64,000 nt of DNA from an uncultured Gammaproteobacteria bacterium (GTDB lineage: Bacteria > Pseudomonadota > Gammaproteobacteria > UBA9214): contig CAVYHX010000033.1 in assembly GCA_963768415.1 (NCBI GenBank), positions 2,306 to 66,305 on the forward strand, in the 5' to 3' direction. A program made the position numbers and the translations under genes. The notes under the pieces were generated by a model. That model searched no databases and had not been told where the DNA came from. It saw nothing but the letters and a program-made list of their open reading frames with translations. How positions within the stretch are numbered: position 1 is the stretch's first letter; each line of letters opens with the position of its first letter. Below, piece after piece: positions 1 through 10,699 of this stretch.

Positions 1-2372
1 CTGTCGGCATAGGCACCACCCACCGTCACATTGAAAGTGTCTCTCTGGTAGATATAGGCCGCATCGTATTGATAGACGTCTTCGTCAAGCTGACCGTCAA
101 GTTCGAAATCGACGAAAAACCCACCACCGAAGTCCACGGTCTGGACCTGGTACTGCTCACCTTCACGATCGGCGTAAATGGCAGACAGCAGCAGGGTTGA
201 GTTCTTGTTCGGCGAGAAACGCAATCCGACCCGGCCAGTGTCATCATCCAGACTGGTCCGGAGTGTCGGGCTAAAATCGTCGGGATCAAAATGCATGGCA
301 ATGTCGCCGTAGTCGGTATGGCGCCTGCCGAGTTCCGCCTGCAGGTTGACGGTCGGTGACAACGCCACCTGCCCGAAGGCGTTATAGATCTCGTGTTCGG
401 TGTCACTGTTGTCACGGAAACCGTTCGATTCAAAACCGAAAGCCACCGACACTGCCGGAAAAGCGGTTATACACAGTGGACACAACCGCCTCCCCGCCGC
501 TGGTGTCGTGATTTCCGCCGACTGCACTGGCATTGAACTGTGTCCGGTTCTGCTCGAACAGCGGGGTAAATTCGTTAAAGCCGGCACTGGCCGGGCCACC
601 GGCCGTCACGATATTCAGGTTGGTGGTACTGATACTGGGCTGGACCGGATTGATATTGATGTCCTGCAGCATCTGTGCCTGCAGCAGTTCACTGACACGG
701 GAGATTTCCGTGCGGCGGAACTGTCCCGGTAGGTGTCGGACAGGAAGCGGTGTGCCGATGCATTGGCCGGATCGATGGCCAGTGATCGGTCGATTCGATC
801 GATACCCAGTCTGGATGAAGCCCAGATCCTTGTAGACCCGCGCCAGACTGGTGCCCGCGCGCCGCCCGGTCCTTGTCCAGCAGCAGGCGGCCGCGATAGG
901 CAGCACGGTTGTCATTCAGCTCGATCGACTTTTCCAGATCCTGCACGGCCTCGACCGGCCGGTTCTCGGTCTGCTTGGCGATACCGGAATACAGGTAGGC
1001 CGTCGGATCATTCGGATCGAGCTGCTTGGCGATGTCAAACTGTTCGCTGTCCAGCGGTGCCCGCTTCTCCTCGAAATAGGCCTTGCCCAGGTAGGCGCGC
1101 AGCAGCGGCATTGTTCGAATCCAGGCCGACCGCCACTTCGATGTCCTTGCGCCCCGCCTCCAGGTCGCCGGCGCTGATCTTGCTCAGACCCAGGCCGAGG
1201 TGTGGCAGCGGGTCGGCCGAATCCAGTGTCGATGCCTCGTTCGAAGGCCGCGCGCGCATCCTCGTTGCGAAATTCGGCCAGCGCGGCGAAACCCGCGTGA
1301 TCTGGGTACGCCCCAGGTCCGGTGCCAGGGACACCGCCTGCTGGCGCACGCATTGGCCTGCCGCGCGATTCCCCAGCATCAACTGCAGCTCGGCCAGGCG
1401 CGCCCGGGCGAGCGCATCCTGCGGCTGCTGTGCCACCGCCTGCTGCAGGGTGTCACGGGCCTGCATTGATCTGGAAATTGGCCTGCTGCGCATAGGAGAG
1501 CGCAATCTTCGCCGCGGCACTGTCCGGACTCAGGCTCACGGCCTGGTTGCCATCGGCCAGTGCCTGCTCATGCTGGTTCTGGACCACGTTGATCACCGCG
1601 CGCAGGGCATAGGCCAGCCCGGCATCGGGCCCTGGCTGCGATTGCCTGGTCTACACTGGCTACGCGCCGCGTCTCACCCGGCCGACGGACAGGTCAGCTG
1701 CCGCCTGCCGCAATGCCGGTGAAATCCGACTCCTGCTCACCGCCCGCAGCGAGAATCGGCGGGTAGTACAGCGACCACTGGGCGGCATCGCGCGGGCGCA
1801 CCACCGTGCGCGGGTGCGGTGCCTGCCCGGCCTTCGCGGCAACCGATTCACCACCGGAGACCGAGGCACTGCCCTGCGCATTCGATGCCACCACGGTGCC
1901 CTCGAATACGGTGAGGATTGATTCGTCGTCCGTCGACGCGGAAGACAAACTCGGTGCCTTCGATGGAACCGTTCAGGTAGGGCGTGCTGACCTCGAAACC
2001 GCGCGGCTTGCGACTGAAGGACTGGAAGGCACCCTTGACCAGGCTCAGCAGGGAACGCTCCTCGACATTGGGGGTAATCTTGTCCAGGCGCATGGCGGTG
2101 TTCTGGTCGATACGCAGGACCGCCTGATTGATGAGCTGGACAGTGGCCCGGCTGCGCGCCGCGGCGCGTACGGTATCGCCCTGGCAGAGCGTTTCATTGA
2201 GACCGGCGGCCTGCCAGTCCGGGCGCTGGTCGCGCTGGACCTCGATTCGACCCTCGACCGACACCAGTGACCCCACCGCCGGCTCGCAGGTCACGGCAGC
2301 CTGTGCGGGTATCGCCAGCAGCAATAACACAGGAAACAGGCAGACGATTGAATACCGCTTGCTGTAGTTCAT
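1..2372 (-). pseudogene. FecR-domain / TPR / C-terminal beta-barrel outer-membrane protein (3' end beyond window start); reading frame broken about nine times
   Basis: Signal peptide MNYSKRYSIVCLFPVLLLLAIPAQA (ATG at 2372). FecR-like block in ORFs 1848-2435 and 1694-1948. TPR-like helices in ORFs 1035-1520, 689-1111 and 430-915; the stretch reads GRVDAARSQVDQAIAAGPDAGLAYALRAV if single extra bases near 1674, 1655 and 1633 are skipped. A beta-strand-rich tail FESNGFRDNSDTEHEIYNAFGQVALSPTVNLQAELG... lies in the frame that stays open to position 1. Confidence 0.6.
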
Positions 2373-2816
2373 AATCCTGGCTGCCACGCAGACCAATTCT
2401 GCAACTGGCAGCCTGAGAATAAAACTCATTGACACTTCCCCCGATCCCGCACGCTAGTTAGCCGTTTACTGGCAGTTTAAATGCTTATTTTATCCAGCTT
2501 TATTCCCGCTTTATTATGATTTTAGTAAGTAATAACTTAATAATAAGCCTTATCTGTGTCGATGCAATCAACGAACTCGTCTGTTCATCAGAAAATCACA
2601 CTATCCGGCAGGAATGCTGATCACAGTATAACCTGTAGCGCTGTGCTTCAAATAAATATAGGTCATTAATTCAGTGAGAACAACTTATGCTCGTCAGGTA
2701 TACCCTGCTGCAATTTAGCGCCTGCCATCATAATCCGCATTCACTAACATATATTACTGTTTGAATAGTATGGATTATTCTGCGGGTATCAGTATTGCTG
2801 ATACTGAGAAGTAGAC

Positions 2817-3695
2817 TTATTCGACAACTACGAGCGCGGACCTGCCATGTTGTGGCACCAGGCGGATCTGCATCCCCTCCGCGGCACACAGGCTCGTGGC
2901 ATGGGCATGTTTGCCCTGGAAAAAGCGCGCGTTCTCCTGCTGAATGAAATCGATCTCGGTATCCGCTCGGTCGGGGTCATGGTGGAACAGCGCCAGGCAA
3001 GTGACCTCGGCATCAAGCGCCAGTTGCCGCACCTGGGATACGGTGGAATGGCCCCAGCCATGCTTGTGCGGCATGTCGGCATCAATATACTGCGCGTCAT
3101 GAATCAGCAGATCGGTGCCGCGGCAGAATTCGACCCATTGATCATAGCTGATTGCCGGACGGACAGGTGGCGCCAGTTCATGATCCGTGGCATAGACGCA
3201 CGACACCCCGTCCTCTTCCACACGATAGGCATAGCCACCACCGGGATGGTTGATGGTTGTGCGCCGGATATTGAGATTTTCTCTGGACGATAACACGTCG
3301 AAGTTCTCCGTGATGCACTCTGCCCTGGAGGGCAACTCACTTGCGCGCAGCGGAAAATTCGCACCGTCAATCTGGTCAAACAGGGCACAGATCTGGCCGT
3401 GTTCTTCCGGTCTGCTGGTGAATACTCGAATACGCCGGTCCGGTTGATAGATCGGTGCGAAATACGGATAGCCCTGAATGTGGTCCCAATGGCCATGGGA
3501 CAACAGAATGGTGATCTCATCGTTGCTCTGCTTGAGCCGTTTGCCGAGTTCCCGAATGCCGGTACCCGAGTCCAGGATCAGGTTCTGGCCGCTGTTCAGC
3601 TCGACATAGACGCAGGAGGTGTTCCCGCCGTATTTTGCGGTTGCAGGCCCCGGAACAGGGACCGAGCCACGAACACCGTAGAAGGTTATTATCAA
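2817..3695 (-). CDS. MBL-fold metallo-hydrolase (candidate cyclic-nucleotide phosphodiesterase)
   Basis: Intact 292-aa ORF. N-terminal FYGVRGSVPVPG...YGGNTSCV and the HxHxDH metal motif (SHGHWDHIQG). Paralogous to the N-terminal domain of 8801-10606. Confidence 0.85.
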   Translation of the reverse strand: MIITFYGVRGSVPVPGPATAKYGGNTSCVYVELNSGQNLILDSGTGIRELGKRLKQSNDEITILLSHGHWDHIQGYPYFAPIYQPDRRIRVFTSRPEEHGQICALFDQIDGANFPLRASELPSRAECITENFDVLSSRENLNIRRTTINHPGGGYAYRVEEDGVSCVYATDHELAPPVRPAISYDQWVEFCRGTDLLIHDAQYIDADMPHKHGWGHSTVSQVRQLALDAEVTCLALFHHDPDRADTEIDFIQQENARFFQGKHAHATSLCAAEGMQIRLVPQHGRSALVVVE

Positions 3696-3949
3696 TTATC
3701 TTCCCAGGGCAGCGAGAGGCAGTGCGTCGAGTATGGTTCGGATACCCGGCGGGCGCAAGCCTGCAAGTGAGAACTGGCAGTTACCCGGCGCCGGTTGCGT
3801 GCAGCGAGAAAGCCTGCCGGGTAACGCCCGCAACAGTCTGGTTTTTCAGTGCTGAATTGAGGTAGCCTTGATAGCAGACCTGTGTCATGGCACCGCCACT
3901 AACGCACTCTTCGCGGCTGGCGGACCGTATACAACGACGGTAAACAAGC

Positions 3950-4273
3950 ATGGATAACACTGCCGATAACCCGAATCTGACGCTCAGGGAAAATCGTCAC
4001 CTGAAAGAAACCATCTCCGCATTACGCACGGAACTCGAAGCCATGCGTCTGGAGAAAGATCACAGCGTCCAGCAGGCGATCAACGACATCTCGATTGAAA
4101 ACCAGCAGCTCAAGGCGACCATTAATGCCTTGCGCAATGAGCTGGAGAAGCTGCGTTTCGACACCCAGGAACATGTCCAGCAGGCAGTTACCGCTGCCGA
4201 TGAAGAGATCAAGCTGCTCAAGGCAACCATAAACGCCATGCGTGCTGAACTGGAGCAACGTAATGCAGGATAA
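3950..4273 (+). CDS. small coiled-coil protein with three heptad-like repeats
   Basis: 107-aa ORF with three copies of LK(E/A)TI(S/N)A(L/M)R.ELE. Its stop TAA (4271-4273) overlaps the ATG (4263) of the downstream cyclase gene. Confidence 0.5.
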   Translation: MDNTADNPNLTLRENRHLKETISALRTELEAMRLEKDHSVQQAINDISIENQQLKATINALRNELEKLRFDTQEHVQQAVTAADEEIKLLKATINAMRAELEQRNAG

Positions 4274-6570
4274 CCTGGAATCTGCATTTAGCGAGCGCCG
4301 GGGCCCCGGTCGCGCGCATGACGAACCCGGCCGCAGACTGCGCCACGCAGAATTACTGATCGACATCCATAATCAGCTGGCCGCCATGGAAACCCTGGAT
4401 GACGCGCTGGAGACCCTGATGAGCATCACCAGCCGGGAAACCGGCGCCGACCGCGCCACCCTGTTCCTGAATGACGTCGAAACCGGCGAGCTGTACTCAC
4501 GCGTGGCGCTGGGCAACATCACGCGTGAGATCCGCATGCTGAACACCGATGGGAATTGCCGGTCATGTCTTCACCAGCGGCGAGAGCATGCTCATTCACG
4601 ACGCCTACTCCGACGCGCGTTTCAATCCGAGCCGTGGACGAACAGACCGGCTATCGAAACCAGGAGCGTCATGTGCGCGCCGATCAGGACCGTCAGGGGC
4701 GAAATCATCGGCGTGGCACAGGCGCTGAACAAGAAGCACGGCCAGTTCACCGAGGAGAACCTGGAGGTACTGCAGGCGATGACCCTGCAGGCCTCGATCA
4801 CCCTGCACAGCGCACAGTTCGCCGAGCGCATGCACAGATCCCACACGCAGGAACTCGAGTTTCTCGATATCGTCTCGGACGTCACCTCGGAAATCGATCT
4901 CGGTGTGGTGCTGCAGAAGGTGATGAACGAGGCAGCCCGGATGCTCAATGCCGAGCGTTCGACCCTGTTTATCAACGACGAAAAAACCAACGAGCTCTGG
5001 TCGGAGGTCGGTGTTGGTCTGGACGCCGTACAGATCCGCTTGCCCAACCACCAGGGCATTGCCGGCACCGTCTTCACCAGCGGCAAGTCGGTCAACATCC
5101 CGTATGCCTACGCCGACCTGCGCTTCAACCCGGAGTTCGACCGCCAGACCGGCTTCTTCACGCGCTCCATCCTGTGCGTGCCGGTGGTCAACAAGGACGG
5201 CAAGACCATCGGCGTCACCCAGGTGCTCAACAAGCGCGGCGGCGCCTTCACCGACGAGGACGAGTCACGCCTGCGCGCCTTCACGGCGCAGGTCTCCATC
5301 GGCCTGGAGAACGCCAAGCTGTTCAACGACGTCCAGAACATGAAGAACTACAACGAGAGCATGCTGCAAAGCATGTCCAATGGCGTGATCACGCTGGACG
5401 AAGACGGCAACATCGTCACCTGCAATGCCGCCGGCCGCGCATCATGCAGCTCAGATAGCGCGGACATCATCGGCCAGCCCGCCGGGAAGTTCCTGACCGG
5501 CAGCAACGCCTGGGTGCATGGACAAGATCGAACGCGTCGCAGAGACCCGGGTGGCAGACATCTCGATGGACGCGGAGCTCGAATTCGATGGCAACCAGGT
5601 CTCGGTCAACCTGACCGTGCTGCCGCTGATCGCCACCGACGACAACACGCTCGGCACCATGATCATGATCGAGGACATCAGCAGCGAAAAGCGGGTGAAG
5701 TCGACCATGGCGCGCTACATGGATCCCGGCCTGGCCGACCAGGTGCTCGAAGGCGGCAGCGATATCCTCGGCGGCAAGAGCACCACTGCGACCATCCTGT
5801 TCTCCGACATCCGCGGCTTCACCACGCTGACCGAGGAGCTGGGCGCACAGGGCACCGTCGCCCTGCTGAACGAGTATTTCACCCTCATGGTCGACTGCAT
5901 CCAGCGCGAGGAAGGCATGCTCGACAAGTTCATCGGCGACGCCATCATGGCGGCCTTCGGCATGCCGATGGCCCACGATGACGACGAGGACCGCGCCGTG
6001 CGCGCCGCGATCTGCCATGATCACGCAGCCTGAACACCTGGAACAGGACCCGCCTGGCGGACGGCAAGAAACCGGTGGACATGGGCATCGGCCTGAACAC
6101 CGACATCGTGGTGTCCGGCAATATCGGCTCACCGAAGCGCATGGACTACACCATCATCGGTGACGGCGTGAACCTGGCGGCGCGCCTGGAGAGCGCCTGC
6201 AAGCAGTACGGCGCGCGCATCCTGATCAGTGACAATACCTACAGTAAACTGCGCGGCACCTACCGCATTCGCGAGATCGACCGCGTCATCGTCAAGGGCA
6301 AGACCGAGCCGGTGGCCATTTATGAAGTCCTGGATCACCATTCGAGAGGAGTCCTTCCCCAATCTGATGGAAGCTGTTTACCATTTCAAGGACGGTCTGA
6401 AACAGTATCGGAACGGCAACTGGGAGCAGGCGACCGCAGCCTTTAATGATGCACTCAAATTGCACCCCGAAGACAGTCTCTCCCGCACCTATATTGAACG
6501 CTGTGACTACATGAAGGCCAATCCACCGGGAGATGACTGGAATGGCGTCTTCGTAATGACCTCCAAATAG
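4263..6570 (+). pseudogene. GAF-GAF-PAS-class III adenylate/guanylate cyclase, frame broken seven times
   Basis: Two GAF domains (DARFNPSVDEQTGYRTRSVMCAPI after correction; DLRFNPEFDRQTGFFTRSILCVPV). PAS-like SMSNGVITLDEDGNIVTCN. Cyclase motifs [38 protein letters not shown]. Conserved pieces sit in frames (start mod 3) 0,1,2,0,1,2,0,1, with extra bases near 4554, 4632, 4658, 5517, 6013, 6029 and 6345. Confidence 0.85.
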
Positions 6571-6596
6571 TCCCAGGGAAGCTGATTTACGGAGCT

Positions 6597-6712
6597 CTGA
6601 TTAATTAAAGCAAACCTGTCATTGCGAGCGGAGCGTGGCAATCTCATACTATAGAATCAGTTACTTGGAGATTGCTTCGTCACTTCGTTCCTCGCAATGA
6701 CGAATTAATCAG
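6597..6712. repeat. palindromic MITE/REP-like element (gtcattgcgag...ctcgcaatgac type)
   Basis: Outer inverted arms are ctgattaatt (6597-6606) and aattaatcag (6703-6712). Inner arms are gtcattgcgagcggagcgtggcaatctc and gagattgcttcgtcacttcgttcctcgcaatgac. A related arm (gattaattcgtcattgtgacg) occurs near 25418. Confidence 0.6.
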
Positions 6713-6731
6713 ACTTCCTTAATTATTATCC

Positions 6732-6810
6732 CGTCATCCCGGCGCAGGCCGGGATCCAGTAACCGACTGGATTTTATGAACTGGATGCCGGCAATCTGCC
6801 TGCGCATAAC
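6732..6810. repeat. second palindromic repeat (gtcatcccggcgcaggccgggatccag type)
   Basis: Hairpin atcccggcgcaggccgggat followed by a degenerate inverted arm ctggatgccggcaatctgcctgcgc. It lies between convergent genes. Confidence 0.5.
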
Positions 6811-6880
6811 CTGCATGTTGCGGGTGACGGTATTCAGGTCGCTATTGGGAGATGGGTATACTGTCCCCCGAACTGCGGGA

Positions 6881-7699
6881 TTAATGCAATCGATCCTTGC
6901 TCTCCAGGAACTGTGCCCGCTCTGTCTCGCTGGTAATTTCTTCGGCAAGAATCTGGTATAGATGTTCAAGGTTGCTGCTTTTCGTGACAGCCCGTTTGAT
7001 CAGTATTTCCGCCATGGGCCCGACAATCAGTGCCAGCTGCTCCTGCACGGTCTTTAATATTTTCTCATCGAGATCCACACCAGTCTCACGCATGCCTGAT
7101 GAATCCCTGTTAATTTCCCGTGAATCCGCGAGCGCCTCTTGCATGGCCGCTCCGTAGTTCCCACGCTTCACAACCTCATAGACAGCATGCTCCCGCACAT
7201 GCTTGTCATTGTGTATACCGGTATAGGAAAACATCTTTTTCAATTCGTCGGAGAGGCAACTGACGACATCGAAATAGGCGCGCGAGACCAGCAGCTGGTT
7301 GGGCTGTGCGAAGCTCATGATTCGCTGCGCTGTATTGATACCATCACCAATGGTATTACGCTGGCCGTTGATATCCTCAAATATCTTGACAGGTCCGAGA
7401 TTGATGCCCATGCGCACGGTATAGCAGGTCTTGCAGATCGAATTCACATCATTGAAGTTGTCGCGCATGCCCACACCGACATACAACACATCCTCGGGAG
7501 CACCCAGATAGCACAATGCAAGCCCGTCTCCGGTATCGAGCTTGATACAGTCCTCGGCCGGCAATCCTCTCAAGGCATCAGCTACGGTTGTGCTGAAACT
7601 CTGCTTGACCAGCATTTGCTGATCCACGGGTAACTCTGAATAATCGACGATATCCATAAACAGTACCGAGCAGAGCCAGGTGCGATTGCTGCGTTTCAT
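6881..7699 (-). CDS. stand-alone class III nucleotidyl cyclase with C-terminal helical domain
   Basis: Intact 272-aa ORF. Metal and transition-state motifs VLFMDIVDYS, LDTGDGLAL, TIGDGINTAQRI. The ~80-aa C-terminal helical tail (LALIVGPMAEILIKRAV...) is of unknown function. Confidence 0.8.
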   Translation of the reverse strand: MKRSNRTWLCSVLFMDIVDYSELPVDQQMLVKQSFSTTVADALRGLPAEDCIKLDTGDGLALCYLGAPEDVLYVGVGMRDNFNDVNSICKTCYTVRMGINLGPVKIFEDINGQRNTIGDGINTAQRIMSFAQPNQLLVSRAYFDVVSCLSDELKKMFSYTGIHNDKHVREHAVYEVVKRGNYGAAMQEALADSREINRDSSGMRETGVDLDEKILKTVQEQLALIVGPMAEILIKRAVTKSSNLEHLYQILAEEITSETERAQFLESKDRLH

Positions 7700-7730
7700 A
7701 ATCTGTCTGCCTGTCTCATCGCTGAATGCA

Positions 7731-8603
7731 TCACTCGCCCAACATCTTCATGGCCTTCTCCAGGCTTCTTTTCATGCGATTGAAGGACCTGCTCAAATCG
7801 GATATTTCGTCCTTGCCGCGCGCATCGAAATCCGGGATATCCATACTCCCGGTACTTATTTCGTCGGATATATGCGCCATGTATCTGACCCTTTTCACCA
7901 CCAGCATACTGATCATGACGTTGATCACCACGAAAATTACGCCAAATATCGCTACCAGTGACACCATAAAGATGGTGAATTCCTCACGCGCCTTTTCCAG
8001 CGGCAGGGACAGTGGAACACTGACGATCTGGCTACCGACGACTTCATCGAATTCCCAGCCGAATCCCCCGGACGTTCCGTATAACCGTATCATGGTTTCT
8101 GGCGCCGCCTCGACTGTGCTGTGACAGGTCAGGCAGTCTTTTTGCGTGATCCTGATCGGCCGGGCGTAATACAGGGATTTCCCCACCGGAGTATCGCGCA
8201 GGCCGGTGAGTTCGTGTGAATCCGGATTGTTGCGGAACGAGACAATGATATCGGTTTCCCAGTCGGTGGCATTATCCCTTGGATTGGTTGGATTCAGCGC
8301 CGCTTCCTTGTAGGTATATTCGGGATACTTCTCCCTGACTGTGCTGAAATTCTGCGTGGCCGCATAGGAAGGTACAGACTGGGGTAGAAAATCATGCTCC
8401 ATCTGCGCGGTCAGCAGCGGCTTGATCTCCTTGACGGTATAGCCACGAATTGCCAGGGCCGCCTCCATCATCATTCCCGCATGGTTCAGCACCTCCTCGC
8501 GCGCATGTTTTTGCAGCACGCTGTAGGATATGTAACCGGCGACACCAAGTCCTGTGGCAAATACCACCAATAGAACGAGATTGAACTTGGTGGTGAGCCT
8601 CAT
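7731..8603 (-). CDS. membrane sensor: DUF3365-like c-heme domain (CLTCH) + TM + HAMP, no output domain
   Basis: Intact 290-aa ORF. N-terminal TM helix, a periplasmic domain with a CxxCH heme-c site (DCLTCH) and GGFGWEFDEVVGSQIVSVP, a second TM helix, then a HAMP-like segment (DEISDLSRSFNRMKRSLE). It ends 31 nt before the cyclase start. Confidence 0.75.
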   Translation of the reverse strand: MRLTTKFNLVLLVVFATGLGVAGYISYSVLQKHAREEVLNHAGMMMEAALAIRGYTVKEIKPLLTAQMEHDFLPQSVPSYAATQNFSTVREKYPEYTYKEAALNPTNPRDNATDWETDIIVSFRNNPDSHELTGLRDTPVGKSLYYARPIRITQKDCLTCHSTVEAAPETMIRLYGTSGGFGWEFDEVVGSQIVSVPLSLPLEKAREEFTIFMVSLVAIFGVIFVVINVMISMLVVKRVRYMAHISDEISTGSMDIPDFDARGKDEISDLSRSFNRMKRSLEKAMKMLGE

Positions 8604-8800
8604 CTTCCACCCCTCTTTATAATTTATCCATTACGCCGGCAAACCGCATACCGCAACAAACAACTGCCGCACCCGGTACCAGGCTCGCCCCCGACAAAGC
8701 CTGACATATAATGCTTCTTATAGACGCATCGTTACACAGGATCAAGTACCGCCGGGTTTATGCCGGCACATCGCCGTGACTGATATGACCGGGAGGACCT

Positions 8801-10606
8801 TCATGGCCGGGGCCCTCTGGAAAGCTCTGACTCTGCCAGTTTTCCGAGGTCTCGCAGCAGGTTCAACTTCCTGCTATCAAGCTGGCGGGGGCGCGTGTCA
8901 ATAAGGCACAGGGTACCCATGACATTCCCATCAGGCAGTTTTAGCGGATAACCGGCATAGAACCGCACACGCGGCTCGCCGGTCACCAGTGGATTGTCGG
9001 CGAAACGCGGATCCAGGAAAGCGTCCGGGACAACCATTACCTTGTTTTCCAGGATTGCATGCGCGCAGAATGCCATATCACGCGGGGTCTCTTTCGCATT
9101 CAGACCGATACAGGACTTGAACCACTGCCGGTCGCGGTCGACGAGACTGACCAGTGCGATCGGGACATCAAAAGCCTCCGAAGCTATACGCGCGATGCGA
9201 TCAAAGCGTTCTTCCGGGCCGGTATCCAGGATCTCGAGTTTATCGAGGGCCGCCAGCCGTTCCTCTTCCTGCTCCGGTAGCTCTGCGCGTATCCATCGAC
9301 ATGTGCTGCGCAGAATCCATGCGCGTATTCGCGTACGCGCATACTCTTCTGAAAAAGGCCTGACCATCCAGTCAGCACCGAACCCGTCCAGTTCCGGGGC
9401 CTTCTTGTCCCGGTCAGCAATGACCACAATGGGCACTTGCGGTGTCGCGCCAGTATCCAGCTCCCTGACACTGCGGCAGATCGCGAGCGCGTCATCTTGC
9501 GCCGACTGTGCATCCACGATTACCAGTGATGGCCGGTCGGTTGCAAGGACTTGCAGTGTATTCTCCGTACTCGTCCCTGACACAAGATGTACATCTTCCA
9601 GTGCTGCTGCGGCCTTGATCACCGCGGCCGTTCGCGCATCCGTGGCCCCCAGGAATACCGAATACCCGGAAATTGCCGGTGTAACCGGTGTAACGGCAGA
9701 GAATTCGGTGGCGCTGTGTGCCGCTGCTGTTTCACCCCCGGACTCCAGCTTGATAGTCGCACCTTCCGCGGCCGCGAATACGTGGAGTGGCTGCCTGGAT
9801 GATTGCAATCCGGCTCTCATGGCGCTGACAATCCGGTCAACAGCAGCGTCATCCCGCATTGGATCATGGTGAGTCAGCGCCAGTTGCCTTACCCCGGCGG
9901 CGCTGCAGATCTCGACCGCATACTCGGCCGTGCTGTGGCCCCACCCGATCTTGTCGGGAAATTCCGCCGCGGTGTACTGGGCATCGTGAATAACGAGATC
10001 AGCTCCCCGTAAAAATTCCACGTGGCGGCGGTCTTGTTCACCGATCCCGCTCATGTCAGCCGACGGCTGGTGGGAAAATGGTTCGTGATCGCATGAATAG
10101 ACAATCGATACACCGTCGGCTTCAAGCCGGTAACCCAGTGTCAACGCCGGGTGATTGAGGTAGCGGGAGCGAACGGTGATGTCCCCAACCGTGAACATGC
10201 CCTCCACGAGGTCGTGATATCTGATCTTTGCGCCGAGTGCTTCAAGTGTGACCGGGAAATAGGTGTACTGCATCTGCCCCGCGAGCGTATCCCGAATCGA
10301 TCGGCTTACACTATGCGGTGCGTATATGTCCCACTCGTTTTCGGGCGCCTGCAACGGCGCAAAGAAGGGAATACCCTGAATGTGGTCCCAATGCGTATGA
10401 CTGATTAACAGGTGACCGCGAATGGGGTCGACTGACTCCGCTATCAGTGCCTGGCCTAGTCCGTGCCCCCCTGTTCCGCAATCGATGACCACCAGTGTCC
10501 CGGCGTCCGAGCGCACCTCTACACAGGACGTATTTCCGCCGTAACGGACGGTACTCGGCCCCGCTTTTGCCAGTGAACCGCGCGTGCCCCAAAAGCGAAC
10601 CTGCAT
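8801..10606 (-). CDS. MBL-fold hydrolase fused to receiver-like and GAF domains
   Basis: Intact 601-aa ORF. N-terminal FWGTRGS...YGGNTSCV...SHTHWDHIQG. Middle receiver-like block (SLVIVDAQS...PIVVIADRD...MVRPF). C-terminal GAF (FDVPIALVSLVDRDRQWFKSCIGL...RFYAGYPL...GTLCLID). Confidence 0.8.
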   Translation of the reverse strand: MQVRFWGTRGSLAKAGPSTVRYGGNTSCVEVRSDAGTLVVIDCGTGGHGLGQALIAESVDPIRGHLLISHTHWDHIQGIPFFAPLQAPENEWDIYAPHSVSRSIRDTLAGQMQYTYFPVTLEALGAKIRYHDLVEGMFTVGDITVRSRYLNHPALTLGYRLEADGVSIVYSCDHEPFSHQPSADMSGIGEQDRRHVEFLRGADLVIHDAQYTAAEFPDKIGWGHSTAEYAVEICSAAGVRQLALTHHDPMRDDAAVDRIVSAMRAGLQSSRQPLHVFAAAEGATIKLESGGETAAAHSATEFSAVTPVTPAISGYSVFLGATDARTAAVIKAAAALEDVHLVSGTSTENTLQVLATDRPSLVIVDAQSAQDDALAICRSVRELDTGATPQVPIVVIADRDKKAPELDGFGADWMVRPFSEEYARTRIRAWILRSTCRWIRAELPEQEEERLAALDKLEILDTGPEERFDRIARIASEAFDVPIALVSLVDRDRQWFKSCIGLNAKETPRDMAFCAHAILENKVMVVPDAFLDPRFADNPLVTGEPRVRFYAGYPLKLPDGNVMGTLCLIDTRPRQLDSRKLNLLRDLGKLAESELSRGPRP

Positions 10607-10699
10607 GATTTATCCAACCCTGCGATGATGGGCCAATACCCGTTGTGAGTTTAGCCCAGGTTGGCCTGCATCTACAGTGGTAATCCATGAACCAGTAAA

